From: a virus
Taxonomy: Duplodnaviria > Caudoviricetes
IMG/VR virus record: IMGVR_UViG_3300030060_004467
Span: 1,335 to 65,334 of that record
Strand: one strand, 5' to 3'
DNA length: 64,000 nt
The position numbers and the translations under genes were made by a program. Position 1 is the stretch's first letter. Every line of letters begins with the position of its first letter. The notes below the pieces were generated by a model. That model was not told the origin of the DNA, did no database searches, and saw only the letters and a list, made by a program, of their open reading frames with translations. This document shows, in pieces, positions 35,797 to 46,051 of this stretch.

Positions 35797-36221
35797 TGTC
35801 TACAGTAAATTTTGATGTAGCGCAGACATTAGACATTACCTGCGTAAAGGGAGATACATTCTCTTTAGATCTGACAATAAAAGATTCCTCTGGTACAGCT
35901 ATTGATATCACAAACTACGTTTTTTACACTCAGATATTTGATGGCTCTAAACTTATTATATCTACTACAGACTCAAGAGGGGCAGGTTCTCAGTCAATTT
36001 CTGAGGGCAATATTGTTGTGACAAAGAATGCTGATCAGACAACAAACAAGGGTAAGTTTAATATATCAATAAGCTCTACTGTAATGTCAGTAATTAGTGC
36101 AAAGGGGTATAGATATGAGGTTCAGATGAGCACCACTGGAGATGCTACTGGTGTAGATACCACAATCCTTAGGGGTGTATTTGTTGTAAATCAAGATTTG
36201 GTTCAGCCACCAGCTAGGTAA
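35796..36221 (+). CDS. BppU-N-like Ig-fold virion protein
   Basis: KGDTFSLDL, IDIT.Y, YRYEVQ and TILRG.F.V motifs. Confidence 0.55.
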   Translation: MSTVNFDVAQTLDITCVKGDTFSLDLTIKDSSGTAIDITNYVFYTQIFDGSKLIISTTDSRGAGSQSISEGNIVVTKNADQTTNKGKFNISISSTVMSVISAKGYRYEVQMSTTGDATGVDTTILRGVFVVNQDLVQPPAR

Positions 36222-36336
36222 CAATGTCTGTAGTTCAAGTTAATAGGCCTGCCTACTATCAAATTACCGTGACGTCCCCTTCACTATATTTGTTGACGTC
36301 AACTAGTCCTACAACTTATGTTATAACTAGACCGTA

Positions 36337-36657
36337 ATGCAGCTTGTTAAAGAGAATAAAAAAGGCAGAAAGGGCAAAATGCCCAAGAAGTTCTCTGTAA
36401 AGAGTGGTGACAAGTCTGCATCGGGTGGTTTAACAGCAAAGGGAGTAAGAAGATATAGAGCTGCAAATCCTGGTAGTAAATTAAAGACTGCTGTAACTAC
36501 AAAGCCATCAAAGCTTAAGAAGGGTAGCAAATCTGCTAAAAGAAGAAAATCTTTCTGCGCTAGAATGAAGGGCATGAAAAAAAGACTCACAAGCGCTAAG
36601 ACTGCAAGAGATCCAAACTCACGTATTAACAAGGCGCTTAGAAAGTGGAATTGCTGA
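36337..36657 (+). CDS. Highly basic protein
   Basis: GGLTAKG, RRKSFCARM and ALRKWNC motifs. Confidence 0.65.
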   Translation: MQLVKENKKGRKGKMPKKFSVKSGDKSASGGLTAKGVRRYRAANPGSKLKTAVTTKPSKLKKGSKSAKRRKSFCARMKGMKKRLTSAKTARDPNSRINKALRKWNC

Positions 36658-36848
36658 TGAAAACTGTAAAAGGAAAAAAGAAAGGAAATTTCACAGTCAC
36701 TAATAAGGCTAAAGAAATTGATCCCCCGTCTGGATTTCACTGGATGGAGGAGGGTGGTAGATACTACCTAATGAAGGGTGATTATAAACCGCATCCTGGT
36801 GCAGTTCCAAAGGCTAAGTTTAAGATGGCAGAACATCCAAAATCATGA
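36657..36848 (+). CDS. Small basic protein
   Basis: PSGFHWM motif; 63 aa. Confidence 0.6.
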   Translation: MKTVKGKKKGNFTVTNKAKEIDPPSGFHWMEEGGRYYLMKGDYKPHPGAVPKAKFKMAEHPKS

Positions 36849-37021
36849 AAGTTGTTTCTTATAAAAAGGGCGGTAAGTCCAAGAGTAAAAAAGATCGCTG
36901 CTATCACATTGTGAAGGCAGGAGAAAAAGTATTCCCAAGTGCATACGCTAGTGGTAGAATTGCTAAGTGTAGAAAGATGGGTGCTGATAACTACGGCAAG
37001 AGCAAGAAGAAAAAGAAGTAA
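36845..37021 (+). CDS. Small basic protein (58 aa, not in ORF track)
   Basis: DRCY..VK and FPSAYASG..KCRK motifs. Confidence 0.6.
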   Translation: MKVVSYKKGGKSKSKKDRCYHIVKAGEKVFPSAYASGRIAKCRKMGADNYGKSKKKKK

Positions 37022-37306
37022 GTGCCGAAGATTAGAAAGACAAAAAAAGGTCTGGCTCTAAAGAGGTGGTTCAAAGAAAAATGGAGAACACCAAAAGGCA
37101 AGAAGGGCTATAGCGGAAAGGATAGAACTTTTCGCCCTACCGTTCGCGTATCAAAAGATACCCCAGCCACTTGGAGTGAGCTATCTAAATCTGAAAAGGC
37201 TAGGGCTGCAAAAGAAAAGAGGGAGAAGGGTAGAGTATCAAGATACAAGATTAAGAAAAAGAAAAAAAAGGCTTCTGCAGGTCTTAGATTAGTGAAGTCT
37301 AAATAA
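37022..37306 (+). CDS. Highly basic protein
   Basis: LKRWFKEKW and RPTVRVSKDTP motifs. Confidence 0.6.
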   Translation: MPKIRKTKKGLALKRWFKEKWRTPKGKKGYSGKDRTFRPTVRVSKDTPATWSELSKSEKARAAKEKREKGRVSRYKIKKKKKKASAGLRLVKSK

Positions 37307-37337
37307 TACCTATATTTGCAAAAAATAACAAAGAAAA

Positions 37338-37733
37338 ATGGCTACTACCTCTGTAACTCTCAGTCTCTCCAGCGCTGACTTGACTGGCGACTCGCTTGCT
37401 TTGTCAACTAGTACTAATCTTAACAAGGCTGGCACTCTGACTGGTTTGGATCAAACTACTGGTGTTGCTAGAAAAACATTTAGCACTACTAGTATTCAAA
37501 CACTCATCGCTAAGGGTGATTTTGCCGATGATAAGGCACACAAGGTATATATTAAAAACACAAGCACTACAGCTACTGAAAACCTCATTATTACTATTGA
37601 GTCTCAGCTGCTTGGTAGACTTTACGCTGGTGACTTCATGTTCTTCCCATTCAATGGCGATCAGGATATTAAGGTGACACCAAGCGTTGCTACCGATATG
37701 ACTGTAGAGTTTTTGGTTATTTACGAAGCATAA
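37338..37733 (+). CDS. Putative structural protein
   Basis: Thr/Ser-rich beta protein with VYIKN and LYAGDFMFFP; resembles the next gene. Confidence 0.6.
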   Translation: MATTSVTLSLSSADLTGDSLALSTSTNLNKAGTLTGLDQTTGVARKTFSTTSIQTLIAKGDFADDKAHKVYIKNTSTTATENLIITIESQLLGRLYAGDFMFFPFNGDQDIKVTPSVATDMTVEFLVIYEA

Positions 37734-38140
37734 TGGCTTTAGTTAGAGTAAGTTTAGCTCTATCTAGCTCAGATGTGCTTTCATCCCCGCTTAGTCTGGG
37801 GGTGGATGCTGGACTTGTCGTAGACTCTGGTAATCTTATCAGGGCCAAGGTAAAGGGCACAGCAGCTGATACAAACGATTTGGCGATTTATATCGAAAAT
37901 CAATGTACAGAAAGAGCATACCTGTATGTTAAAAATATGGCTGTTGAACTAGAGCAATATATCTACATTCATAACGACACTGACACGGGTCTAGTAGCCA
38001 AGATCGGTGGTGGTGAGTTTGCATTTATCCCTGTTGCTCCAGATAAGAAGTACGAGGTATATGCCACTAAGGTGGACACCTTGATCGAGTACAGCGTATT
38101 CGGTAATGACGATTCATCTAACCCATACGGAGGTTCATAA
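37733..38140 (+). CDS. Putative structural protein (probable paralogue of the previous gene)
   Basis: LYVKN and GGEFAFIP motifs. Confidence 0.6.
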   Translation: MALVRVSLALSSSDVLSSPLSLGVDAGLVVDSGNLIRAKVKGTAADTNDLAIYIENQCTERAYLYVKNMAVELEQYIYIHNDTDTGLVAKIGGGEFAFIPVAPDKKYEVYATKVDTLIEYSVFGNDDSSNPYGGS

Positions 38141-38150
38141 TAAATAAGAT

Positions 38151-38444
38151 ATGCCACATCCATCAGACGCACTACCTAAAGAGGTATTTGTATTAAACGG
38201 TACAAATGCACTTGAGCCATCAAACGGCAAGTTCATTTATGCTATTATGAATCCAACGGCAGCTGCAATAAACGCTACTGTTAAGGGAAGTATATATAAC
38301 TACGACGGCAGCGCTCCAGCTGGGTATAAGCAAATTGCATCCACAGCTACAGACGTCATTCCAGTGCCTTCAGGAGCTACTATCTATGGCAGGTTCACGT
38401 CTTGCGCAGCCAGTGCAGCAGATCTGCTTTGCTACGTAGCATAA
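38151..38444 (+). CDS. Putative structural protein
   Basis: GATIYGRFT motif and C-terminal LCYVA. Confidence 0.55.
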   Translation: MPHPSDALPKEVFVLNGTNALEPSNGKFIYAIMNPTAAAINATVKGSIYNYDGSAPAGYKQIASTATDVIPVPSGATIYGRFTSCAASAADLLCYVA

Positions 38445-38469
38445 TAAGAAAACAAAATAATTCAATACA

Positions 38470-39531
38470 ATGGAAGAGCAGGAAAACACAACTGCAGGCT
38501 TCGAGGTGTTTGACACCCCAGAGGCTATGATGGAGGCTTCGGCCCCAGAACAACAACAAGAACAATCACTTGATCAGGCACAAGCTCCAATGGAGGAGCC
38601 GCAAGGTCAAGAACAACCGCTTCAGGAATCAGCATACGTTGATCCCGAGGCACCATCACAGCCTGAAATTACTGATCAGCAGCTGGATGATATGACCCTT
38701 CAATACCTTAGTCAAAAGCTAGGTAGAGAGGTTACATCATTCGATGAGTTCAGTCAGGCTCAAGAGCAGCAGGTTCTCGACGAAAGAGTCGATGCGATCT
38801 CTCGATTTGTACAGGAGACAGGGCGTTCTCCTCAGGATTGGTTTGCCTACCAGTCGCTCGATCCAAATAATATGGACGACGCTACGGCTGTTAGGGTAAA
38901 GCTAGCCACAGATCATCCAGATCTCTCGTCTCAAGAGGTAAATCTGCTCATGAAGAGCAAGTATAGTGTTGACGACACTCTGGCTTCAGAGGAGGAGATC
39001 AACATGGCTAAGCTCAATCTTAAAATCGCGGCGCAGCAGGCCCGTCAAGATATTTCTGTCATTAGAGAGGAGTATATGGCACCTGATGTATCGCAAGGCC
39101 AGACATCGTTTGTCGATGACGACTGGATTAACAGCATGTCCCAAGAGGTCGATGCACTGCAGGCTCTAGAGTTTGATGTCGCAGATGGCAAGACCTTTCA
39201 GTTCTCGCTGGACGAATCCTATCTGTCAGAGCTGAAGGATAAGCAGGCCAATCTAGATTCCTTTTTTGATCGCTTCGTTGATGACGATGGGAACTGGAAT
39301 CACGATGAGCTTTCGTCAATGTTCGCTGTGCGTGACAACATTGATCGCATCGTATCCTCGGCGTACCGCCAGGGTATGAGCGATGGTCAGCGCAACGTCG
39401 TGTCGGAGGCCGCAAACATTTCAACCGCATCCCCTAATACACAGGGTATGCCACAACAGGAGAACCCTCTTGGCGCACAGGTAAAACAGATCCTGCGCGG
39501 AGGAGGCGGTTTCTCTTTTGGAAACATCTAA
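38470..39531 (+). CDS. Putative capsid scaffolding protein
   Basis: Very acidic 353-aa helical protein immediately upstream of the capsid gene. Confidence 0.65.
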   Translation: MEEQENTTAGFEVFDTPEAMMEASAPEQQQEQSLDQAQAPMEEPQGQEQPLQESAYVDPEAPSQPEITDQQLDDMTLQYLSQKLGREVTSFDEFSQAQEQQVLDERVDAISRFVQETGRSPQDWFAYQSLDPNNMDDATAVRVKLATDHPDLSSQEVNLLMKSKYSVDDTLASEEEINMAKLNLKIAAQQARQDISVIREEYMAPDVSQGQTSFVDDDWINSMSQEVDALQALEFDVADGKTFQFSLDESYLSELKDKQANLDSFFDRFVDDDGNWNHDELSSMFAVRDNIDRIVSSAYRQGMSDGQRNVVSEAANISTASPNTQGMPQQENPLGAQVKQILRGGGGFSFGNI

Positions 39532-39543
39532 TACTAAGAAACT

Positions 39544-40989
39544 ATGGCTGATCTCGGATCAACTCCCAGTACTTACAGCACTACCTCAGTAGCTGATAAG
39601 ACTGTAAAAAATACTTTGCTGTCTAGAGGCTTTAAGCTTACTCCTGACAGCTATACTACTGTGGATGAACTCATCAAGGCGACCCGCGAGGACGTCATGC
39701 CTGAGCTCGTCCAAATCTACGGTGACCAAGGACTCACGGGCTTCTTGAAGCTCACTGGTGCCGTAAACAATGGCGGTTCCTCAGACCAGATTGACTGGTG
39801 GGAGGCTGGCCGTCGCCACAGAGCATACACGCTGACCGACAACTTTACGTCAGGCAGCACTGGTGCTTCTGTAACTGTTACTGACTCAGACTTCATTAAG
39901 AACGTTCAGAAGAACGACGTCGTAATGGAGGCTTCAACTGGTGTTCGTTTTATCGTACAGTCTGGTGGTGCAACCACCTCTACGAGCTCTCCATCAAACG
40001 TTGTTTTGGTGAAGATGGACAACACTGCTATTGTTGATGCTGATTTGACTGACGGCGCGAACAACTGCGTCATGTTGGTTATCGGTAACATCTACGCACA
40101 GGGCACAAACCAGCCTACTGGTTTCACTGATCCTGGAATCAAGCGTTACACCAACCCATACATGATCGTCAAGGATCGCTACGAGGTCAACGGATCTCAG
40201 GCTACCAACGTCGGTTACGTAAACTTGGGCGGTGGTGACTTCCGCTGGTTCATGTACGGTGAGAAAGAGGCTCGTGCTCGTTTCGAGGACAAGCGTGAAT
40301 TGATGATGCTCTTCGGTGAGAAGAGAAGCGGAGCTGCTGGAACTGCTTTGGATAATGCCATGGCTGGTTCTGAGGGTTACTTCTCAGCTATCGAGGACAG
40401 AGGTATCGTCGTTCAGAACGCTTCTGCTAACCCACTCGACAGCTTCTCTGAGTTTGATGATATCATCTTGGAGTTGGATAAGCAGGGTGCTCCTTCTGAG
40501 TACGCAATGTACGTAAATAGAAAGCAGGACCTCGCTATCGACGACATGTTGGCTGCAGGTATCGCTACTGGTGTGACCGCTGGTCTCCCAGGTCAGTTCG
40601 GTGCCTTCCAGAACAACGCAGACATGGCTGTACAGCTTGGATTTAAGAGCTTCACACGCGGTGGCTACACCTTCCACAAGCACGAATGGAGATTGTTGAA
40701 CGATCCAACGATGTTGGGTGCTGCTACAAACAACTTCCTGCAGGGTGCTATGGTGCCATTGAGAACGGTAAATGACGCAAGAAGCGGTGCTTCTGTGCCA
40801 GCCCTCTCTATGATGTACAAGGAGGCTAATGGCTACTCTCGTGAGATGGAGCACTGGGTAACTGGCGGTGGCGTGTTGGGTCACACCAACAACGGTGACG
40901 CTGGTACGGATCAGGCTGTATTCCACTACAGATCAGAAATTGCTCTCTGCGTTCGCGCTGCAAACCAGCACGTAATGATCAAGGGGTAA
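39544..40989 (+). CDS. Major capsid protein
   Basis: 481 aa with WWEAGR, RFEDKRELMM and LGFKSFTRGGYTF; strongly biased codon usage; follows the scaffold. Confidence 0.85.
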   Translation: MADLGSTPSTYSTTSVADKTVKNTLLSRGFKLTPDSYTTVDELIKATREDVMPELVQIYGDQGLTGFLKLTGAVNNGGSSDQIDWWEAGRRHRAYTLTDNFTSGSTGASVTVTDSDFIKNVQKNDVVMEASTGVRFIVQSGGATTSTSSPSNVVLVKMDNTAIVDADLTDGANNCVMLVIGNIYAQGTNQPTGFTDPGIKRYTNPYMIVKDRYEVNGSQATNVGYVNLGGGDFRWFMYGEKEARARFEDKRELMMLFGEKRSGAAGTALDNAMAGSEGYFSAIEDRGIVVQNASANPLDSFSEFDDIILELDKQGAPSEYAMYVNRKQDLAIDDMLAAGIATGVTAGLPGQFGAFQNNADMAVQLGFKSFTRGGYTFHKHEWRLLNDPTMLGAATNNFLQGAMVPLRTVNDARSGASVPALSMMYKEANGYSREMEHWVTGGGVLGHTNNGDAGTDQAVFHYRSEIALCVRAANQHVMIKG

Positions 40990-41024
40990 TAGTCCATTGT
41001 TTAACTATTAAAACCTAGATCATT

Positions 41025-41504
41025 ATGCCTATTTATTCGCACAAAAAATCAGGAGTGCTCAACACTTCAACGAGAGTTGAGGTTAAGGATGGTTTCGTTC
41101 AAAATAGCGAGGCTGTGATTGAAATTCTTCAACCAGCCAACAGCCTTGTAACGAATGCATACTTTAGACAGATTGATGCGGCAGCTTTTGCCACTAACGC
41201 AAGCGTTGGTGTCGAGCTCGGTATCTCAAGCAGCACTAACGAAATTGCAGCTGATGCAACTGACGCTGTTCTGGATGAAGGAACTGCCATTCCTGCAAAC
41301 TTCATTTTGGAGCTCAAGGGTGATTCTGAGGTCACTTGGAACGGAGGCTACTCCGTTAGTGATTCTAACGCTCCCGCAGTTCCAGCTGGAAGTGCTTTTA
41401 CTGCAGACGAAAGAACTATTTTCTTTACTGTGACTTGCTCTGACGATGTCGTCACCACGCAAGGAAAGTATGAGGTAATTGTTGACTTTCAAGTCTTCTC
41501 TTAA
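41025..41504 (+). CDS. Putative capsid decoration protein
   Basis: 159-aa beta-rich protein after the capsid gene. Confidence 0.5.
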   Translation: MPIYSHKKSGVLNTSTRVEVKDGFVQNSEAVIEILQPANSLVTNAYFRQIDAAAFATNASVGVELGISSSTNEIAADATDAVLDEGTAIPANFILELKGDSEVTWNGGYSVSDSNAPAVPAGSAFTADERTIFFTVTCSDDVVTTQGKYEVIVDFQVFS

Positions 41505-41511
41505 TGCGAAT

Positions 41512-41542
41512 GGGGCTTCGGCCCCCTTTGCTTTCTTTTTTT
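41512..41542 (+). terminator. Intrinsic terminator
   Basis: GGGGC-ttcg-GCCCC followed by a T-rich tract. Confidence 0.75.
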
Positions 41543-41565
41543 AAAACACGAAAACAAAAATTATT

Positions 41566-42108
41566 ATGGGACACTTTGATGAATTGCTGGTGACAAAAGC
41601 TACCTTTGGGGGCGTTGTTTCTGGCGATAAGAAAAGAGTTGTAGACATCACTACCGCCACAAACACTCTAGGCGAAGGTGATTCTGGGACTATTTACACG
41701 ATTAACGTTGGTTCAAACGCAGCCACCACGATTACGCTTCCTGCCATCACAGCTACAAACCTTGGAACTTACTACGAGTTCTTTGTGGGAACAGAGAATA
41801 CTGGAGGTATTGACATCTTGACTGCAACTACTGACGACACCACTGGCGATGTTTTCCTTGGCGCTCTTACATCTCATACAGATGCAGCTGAAAATGGCGC
41901 TGTTGGATACATTATTGCTGGAGGTGATGTAAACCAAATTAACTTGACTGGCGCTGAAGCAAACGGCGCTGGTGAGGTGGGTTGTTATGTTCGTTGCGTT
42001 GCTGTTTCTTACAGCGCAGCAGGACACAGCCAATGGCAAGTAACTGGCTTGCTCGGCACTGACGATCCAAACGGAAACATGTCTACTATCTTTGTTGACA
42101 GAGACTAA
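41566..42108 (+). CDS. Putative head fibre/decoration protein
   Basis: DSGTIY, ITLPA and G..YEF motifs. Confidence 0.55.
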   Translation: MGHFDELLVTKATFGGVVSGDKKRVVDITTATNTLGEGDSGTIYTINVGSNAATTITLPAITATNLGTYYEFFVGTENTGGIDILTATTDDTTGDVFLGALTSHTDAAENGAVGYIIAGGDVNQINLTGAEANGAGEVGCYVRCVAVSYSAAGHSQWQVTGLLGTDDPNGNMSTIFVDRD

Positions 42109-42128
42109 TTCGTTTTATACTCTACGAG

Positions 42129-42156
42129 AAAGGCCCTTCGGGGCCTTTTTCTTTTT
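42129..42156 (+). terminator. Intrinsic terminator
   Basis: AAAGGCCC-ttcg-GGGCCTTTTT. Confidence 0.85.
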
Positions 42157-42182
42157 CACTATATTTGCGGTACTTTAGTACA

Positions 42183-43469
42183 ATGAACAAGTATTTCATT
42201 TTCCGTAGGGAGGAGGTAACTACAGCCAGTATTACCGCTTCAGACACAGGTGTTGGTATGAGCGTATTCGCTGTGCCCGCAGAGAATGTGTCGTATATGT
42301 CTGCGGAGAGGGGAAAGGTGTTCATTGTATTCAATAATGCCACACTGTATCAGGAGGCAAATCTCCGAGATGGAGAGTCTATTAAGAAGTCAGCTGTAAC
42401 GATTGGTTGCCCAGAGGGTGAGGAGACTCAGTTCATTGAGGATATAGCAAGCTTTATTACAGGCGAGACTCAAAGAAACATCATGAGATTTGATGTTCTG
42501 TCTAACAAGTCTACATTTAAGTTGGCTGACACTAAGGACGCGGATAGCATTACGCCTGTCATCAGCACCAGACCTGTAAATATGCAATCAGGAGATATCA
42601 GCGGTAGGTTGTCAAGGACAACTGAGGCTTCTGATACTATTATAGCAGGTATTGATTTTGGAGCTATTCAGCCTGTTGCAGATTATAATCATGAGGGTTT
42701 GGCCTCATACTCTGACGGGACTGAAATAGCTCACTCTGGCAACGTATGGGATAATGCTGGGTCTGGTGGGGCCACTCACGATATTAGCACAAACGTAGGT
42801 GCTCCTGTGGTAAGAGATCCAGCGTCAAATGATAGAGGACTTTCTAAAAAGGGTATACAGTTTGTCAATGGTGATCATCTTATTGTCCCAACACTTTCGG
42901 TTGAGCGAGACTACACATTGTACGTAGTGTTTAGCACACAATATACTGCCTCTTTGTATACCGATTTTTTTAATGTGATATATGGGGACGCTGCTGGAGA
43001 GACGCTGGGTCCAGGGGGTAGATTCCCAGATAGTGGTCCTGCATTAAAGGTAGCCATGGATAAAAACAGATTTTCTTTTAGGCACTCAGGTCAAACTGGT
43101 TCAGTAGCAACAGCGCTTGGAGATGGTCAAATTTTGGATGATAATATTACTAATCCAGATTTTGATCCATGTCATGTATTTGTTATTAGAAGGGATAAAA
43201 ATGACAATATTATTGTTCACAACAGAGATGGAGAGGTTGAAGTCATAATTCAATCCGTTGCAGCAGATCAAGAATCAGAATTACCATCTGCTACTAGTCA
43301 ATCAACTAAAGGCAAGCTTGTTATAGAAAGACTTGGAACCACTGAGGACATTGCAGTAAATCATTTCAATAAATCTGTTCTTGCTCGATTTGGAGTGATA
43401 TCAAAAGACATCGGAACTAACGAGTCAGCCAAACTCGCTAGGGACTTATTTTCATTATATAAATCTTAA
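42183..43469 (+). CDS. Virion-associated protein with LamG-like C-terminal domain
   Basis: WDNAGSGG, GIQF and YTLYVVF motifs. Confidence 0.5.
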   Translation: MNKYFIFRREEVTTASITASDTGVGMSVFAVPAENVSYMSAERGKVFIVFNNATLYQEANLRDGESIKKSAVTIGCPEGEETQFIEDIASFITGETQRNIMRFDVLSNKSTFKLADTKDADSITPVISTRPVNMQSGDISGRLSRTTEASDTIIAGIDFGAIQPVADYNHEGLASYSDGTEIAHSGNVWDNAGSGGATHDISTNVGAPVVRDPASNDRGLSKKGIQFVNGDHLIVPTLSVERDYTLYVVFSTQYTASLYTDFFNVIYGDAAGETLGPGGRFPDSGPALKVAMDKNRFSFRHSGQTGSVATALGDGQILDDNITNPDFDPCHVFVIRRDKNDNIIVHNRDGEVEVIIQSVAADQESELPSATSQSTKGKLVIERLGTTEDIAVNHFNKSVLARFGVISKDIGTNESAKLARDLFSLYKS

Positions 43470-43480
43470 TTAATTTTATC

Positions 43481-44320
43481 ATGGCACAACAAAAAAGACG
43501 GTCTCCTGGAAGACCTAAAAAGGTCCAGGCTGAAGAAATGCAGGTTGCAGTTGCCGAAGCCCCAAAGCCTAAAAAGAAGTCTGTAATTAAGCGTAAGGAC
43601 AATCTTAGCACTGTTGTTGAATATGAGATCCAACGCGGCGGTGGTGTTGCGTATATGCTACCTCAAAAAGGCGTTACAGTATTTGACAAAGAAAACAATA
43701 CCGTTAGAGAGATGCGGTACTGTCCCAACGAGCCATCTATTTATGTGGATGAGCAGAGCGACAATGCCATCAAGGAATCTGTAATTTTTAGGGAGGGTAG
43801 ACTTTTTGTTCCTCAGAACAAGCCAAACCTAAAGTATTTTCTAGACAATCATCCATTTAACGTGGGTAACGGAGGTCACATCTTTAAACTTGTAGATAAG
43901 AAACGTGACGCCGAGGCTGAGCTGGCTAAAGAGTTTAAGGCGTCTGAGGCTGTAGTTATGGTTAGAGATAAGGATATTAATGATCTATTGCCTATTGCAT
44001 TGTACTTTAAGGTAAATATCAATACACCTACATCAGAGATCAGATACAATCTGTTGAATATTGCAAAGAAGAAGCCACAGGAGTTTATTGAGGCTTTTGA
44101 TTCACCACAGGTGCAGGCTCGATCTGTTATTCAGCAGGCTAAGGATTATCAAATCATTGGTCTTAAAGATGATAGATGCTTCTGGTTCGACAGCAAGACA
44201 ATGATAGTGAGTGTGCCAGCGGGTCAAAATCCAATGGATGTTATGGTTAGATATTGCCTAACAGAGAAAGGGGCTAGCGTTCTAGCAGAGCTAGAGCAGC
44301 AGCTAGAGAAGCTTGCATAA
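43481..44320 (+). CDS. Conserved morphogenesis protein (post-capsid gene)
   Basis: MRYCPNEPSIYVDEQ, IFREGRL and HPFN motifs. Confidence 0.6.
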   Translation: MAQQKRRSPGRPKKVQAEEMQVAVAEAPKPKKKSVIKRKDNLSTVVEYEIQRGGGVAYMLPQKGVTVFDKENNTVREMRYCPNEPSIYVDEQSDNAIKESVIFREGRLFVPQNKPNLKYFLDNHPFNVGNGGHIFKLVDKKRDAEAELAKEFKASEAVVMVRDKDINDLLPIALYFKVNINTPTSEIRYNLLNIAKKKPQEFIEAFDSPQVQARSVIQQAKDYQIIGLKDDRCFWFDSKTMIVSVPAGQNPMDVMVRYCLTEKGASVLAELEQQLEKLA

Positions 44321-44325
44321 CAGAT

Positions 44326-44355
44326 AGCCGCCCTTCGGGGCGGCTTTTTGTTTTT
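44326..44355 (+). terminator. Intrinsic terminator
   Basis: AGCCGCCC-ttcg-GGGCGGCT followed by T tracts. Confidence 0.85.
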
Positions 44356-44369
44356 CGTATATTTGCCGT

Positions 44370-45167
44370 ATGATAAGCGTTATTGACGTATACAGAACCC
44401 TGGTTGATTATTGCAATAAAGATCAGAAGGGTTTTGTTACACCCTCAGTGTTTAACTCATTCGCTTCGATGGCGCAAAAGAAGATATACAATTCTTTCTT
44501 TTCTGCTGTGGCTACGGCTAAGGGTGTGAGGTTAAATCAAACAGATGGTAGCAGAGAGTTCTCTACAAACAAATACATCAAGGAGGACCTGTCTAGGTAT
44601 ATTAAAAAAGTACGTATCCCTTCTTATGCTATTGGTAATCAATATGGATATGACAGTCCAGCTGATGGCCCAAGTCCAGGCAATGATATTTATCAAATTT
44701 TAGATTCATCTAGGTTTAAAAAACCAAAAGATTTAGGCAGGGTTATATCTGTGTCAAACCAATACAAAAATCTAGCTGAGCTAGTTTACAATGATGACGA
44801 TATCAACAACATCCTGCGAAGCAATCTATCTAGGCCTAGCAAAAACTTTCCTGTAGCTCTTATTGGAGATCAGATTGAGCTTTTCCCTAAGAATGCAACT
44901 AATAGTGGCGTTGCGCCCGAGGTCATCACCCTGTCATACTACAGGCAACCAAGGTCTTGCTATGTGATTGGTGACGGTGTGTTTTCAGCTGGTGATATAG
45001 ATGATACCAGCGATCCAGGATATGCAGAAAGTGGATCTGTTGCAGACCCTATAAACTGCAGAGATTTTGACTTACCTGAACACTATAAGAATGAGATTAT
45101 TGAGTTAATCGCATCATATATTGGAATTAGACTTAGAGATCCGATCCTACAAAATCAACCACAGTAA
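44370..45167 (+). CDS. Head-tail adaptor/ring protein
   Basis: NKDQKGFVTP..FN, YYRQP and DFDLP motifs; position in the module. Confidence 0.6.
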   Translation: MISVIDVYRTLVDYCNKDQKGFVTPSVFNSFASMAQKKIYNSFFSAVATAKGVRLNQTDGSREFSTNKYIKEDLSRYIKKVRIPSYAIGNQYGYDSPADGPSPGNDIYQILDSSRFKKPKDLGRVISVSNQYKNLAELVYNDDDINNILRSNLSRPSKNFPVALIGDQIELFPKNATNSGVAPEVITLSYYRQPRSCYVIGDGVFSAGDIDDTSDPGYAESGSVADPINCRDFDLPEHYKNEIIELIASYIGIRLRDPILQNQPQ

Positions 45168-46051
45168 TGGCTGTATCTAGAGATAACCATAACGAAGGTC
45201 ACAACTATGTCTCGTTGAGAGAGGTTATTGTAGACTACATGCTTACTATGGATGAGGATGACTACGCCTCATCTGCGACTGAGTACGCCATAAGGAACAT
45301 CGCCCTTAGAGGTATTAGGGAGTTTGGATTTGATGTACAGCCGTCTGTCAGGTCGTTAAAAAGACCTCTTCAATCAAACAACACAATTATTCTCCCCGAC
45401 GACTTTGTTGATGTGATTAAGATTGGAACTGTAGATGAGAACGGTATTGTTCGTGCATTTGCTGAAAACAAAAATCTGAACATATCTCAGGCTTATGATG
45501 ATAATTTAAATATTACTAATCAAAGCTCTTCGGGTGGTCTTGACGATTCTGATCAGACTGGTAATAGGAGATATATTCCTGACAATCAGATTGAGAACAG
45601 GAAAGATGATCTAACAGCTACCAACTCAGAGGCCAACAACGAGGACATAGACTGGTACATCTTTGAAAACTACCTGTATCAGGGCAGCCTTGGCAGAATG
45701 TACGGTCTGGGTGGAGGAAAGCTGCGTGGCACATACCGCATCAACTACGATCAGAACAGAATAGAGATTGATTCTGAGGCTGGCGTTACAGAGGTTGTCA
45801 TAGAGTATATCTCTGACGCTGCGAGGTCAACGGACCCTGTGATTCACGTTTATGCAGAAGAGGCGCTTAGGGCGTTCATATACTACAAGATTGTAGAGCG
45901 CAAGAGCTCTGTTCCTGCGGGGGAGAAAGCTAGGGCAAGACAGGAATACTATAACGAACGCAGAAAGGCGCGTGGCAGACTCAGCAACTTCTCAAAGACT
46001 GAGGCTTTGAACGTTATAAGAAGAAACTTTAAGCTAGTACCCAAGTACTAA
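45167..46051 (+). CDS. Tail tubular protein
   Basis: LPDDFVD, VVIEYISD and HVYAEEALRAFI motifs; precedes the stabilisation protein. Confidence 0.7.
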   Translation: MAVSRDNHNEGHNYVSLREVIVDYMLTMDEDDYASSATEYAIRNIALRGIREFGFDVQPSVRSLKRPLQSNNTIILPDDFVDVIKIGTVDENGIVRAFAENKNLNISQAYDDNLNITNQSSSGGLDDSDQTGNRRYIPDNQIENRKDDLTATNSEANNEDIDWYIFENYLYQGSLGRMYGLGGGKLRGTYRINYDQNRIEIDSEAGVTEVVIEYISDAARSTDPVIHVYAEEALRAFIYYKIVERKSSVPAGEKARARQEYYNERRKARGRLSNFSKTEALNVIRRNFKLVPKY

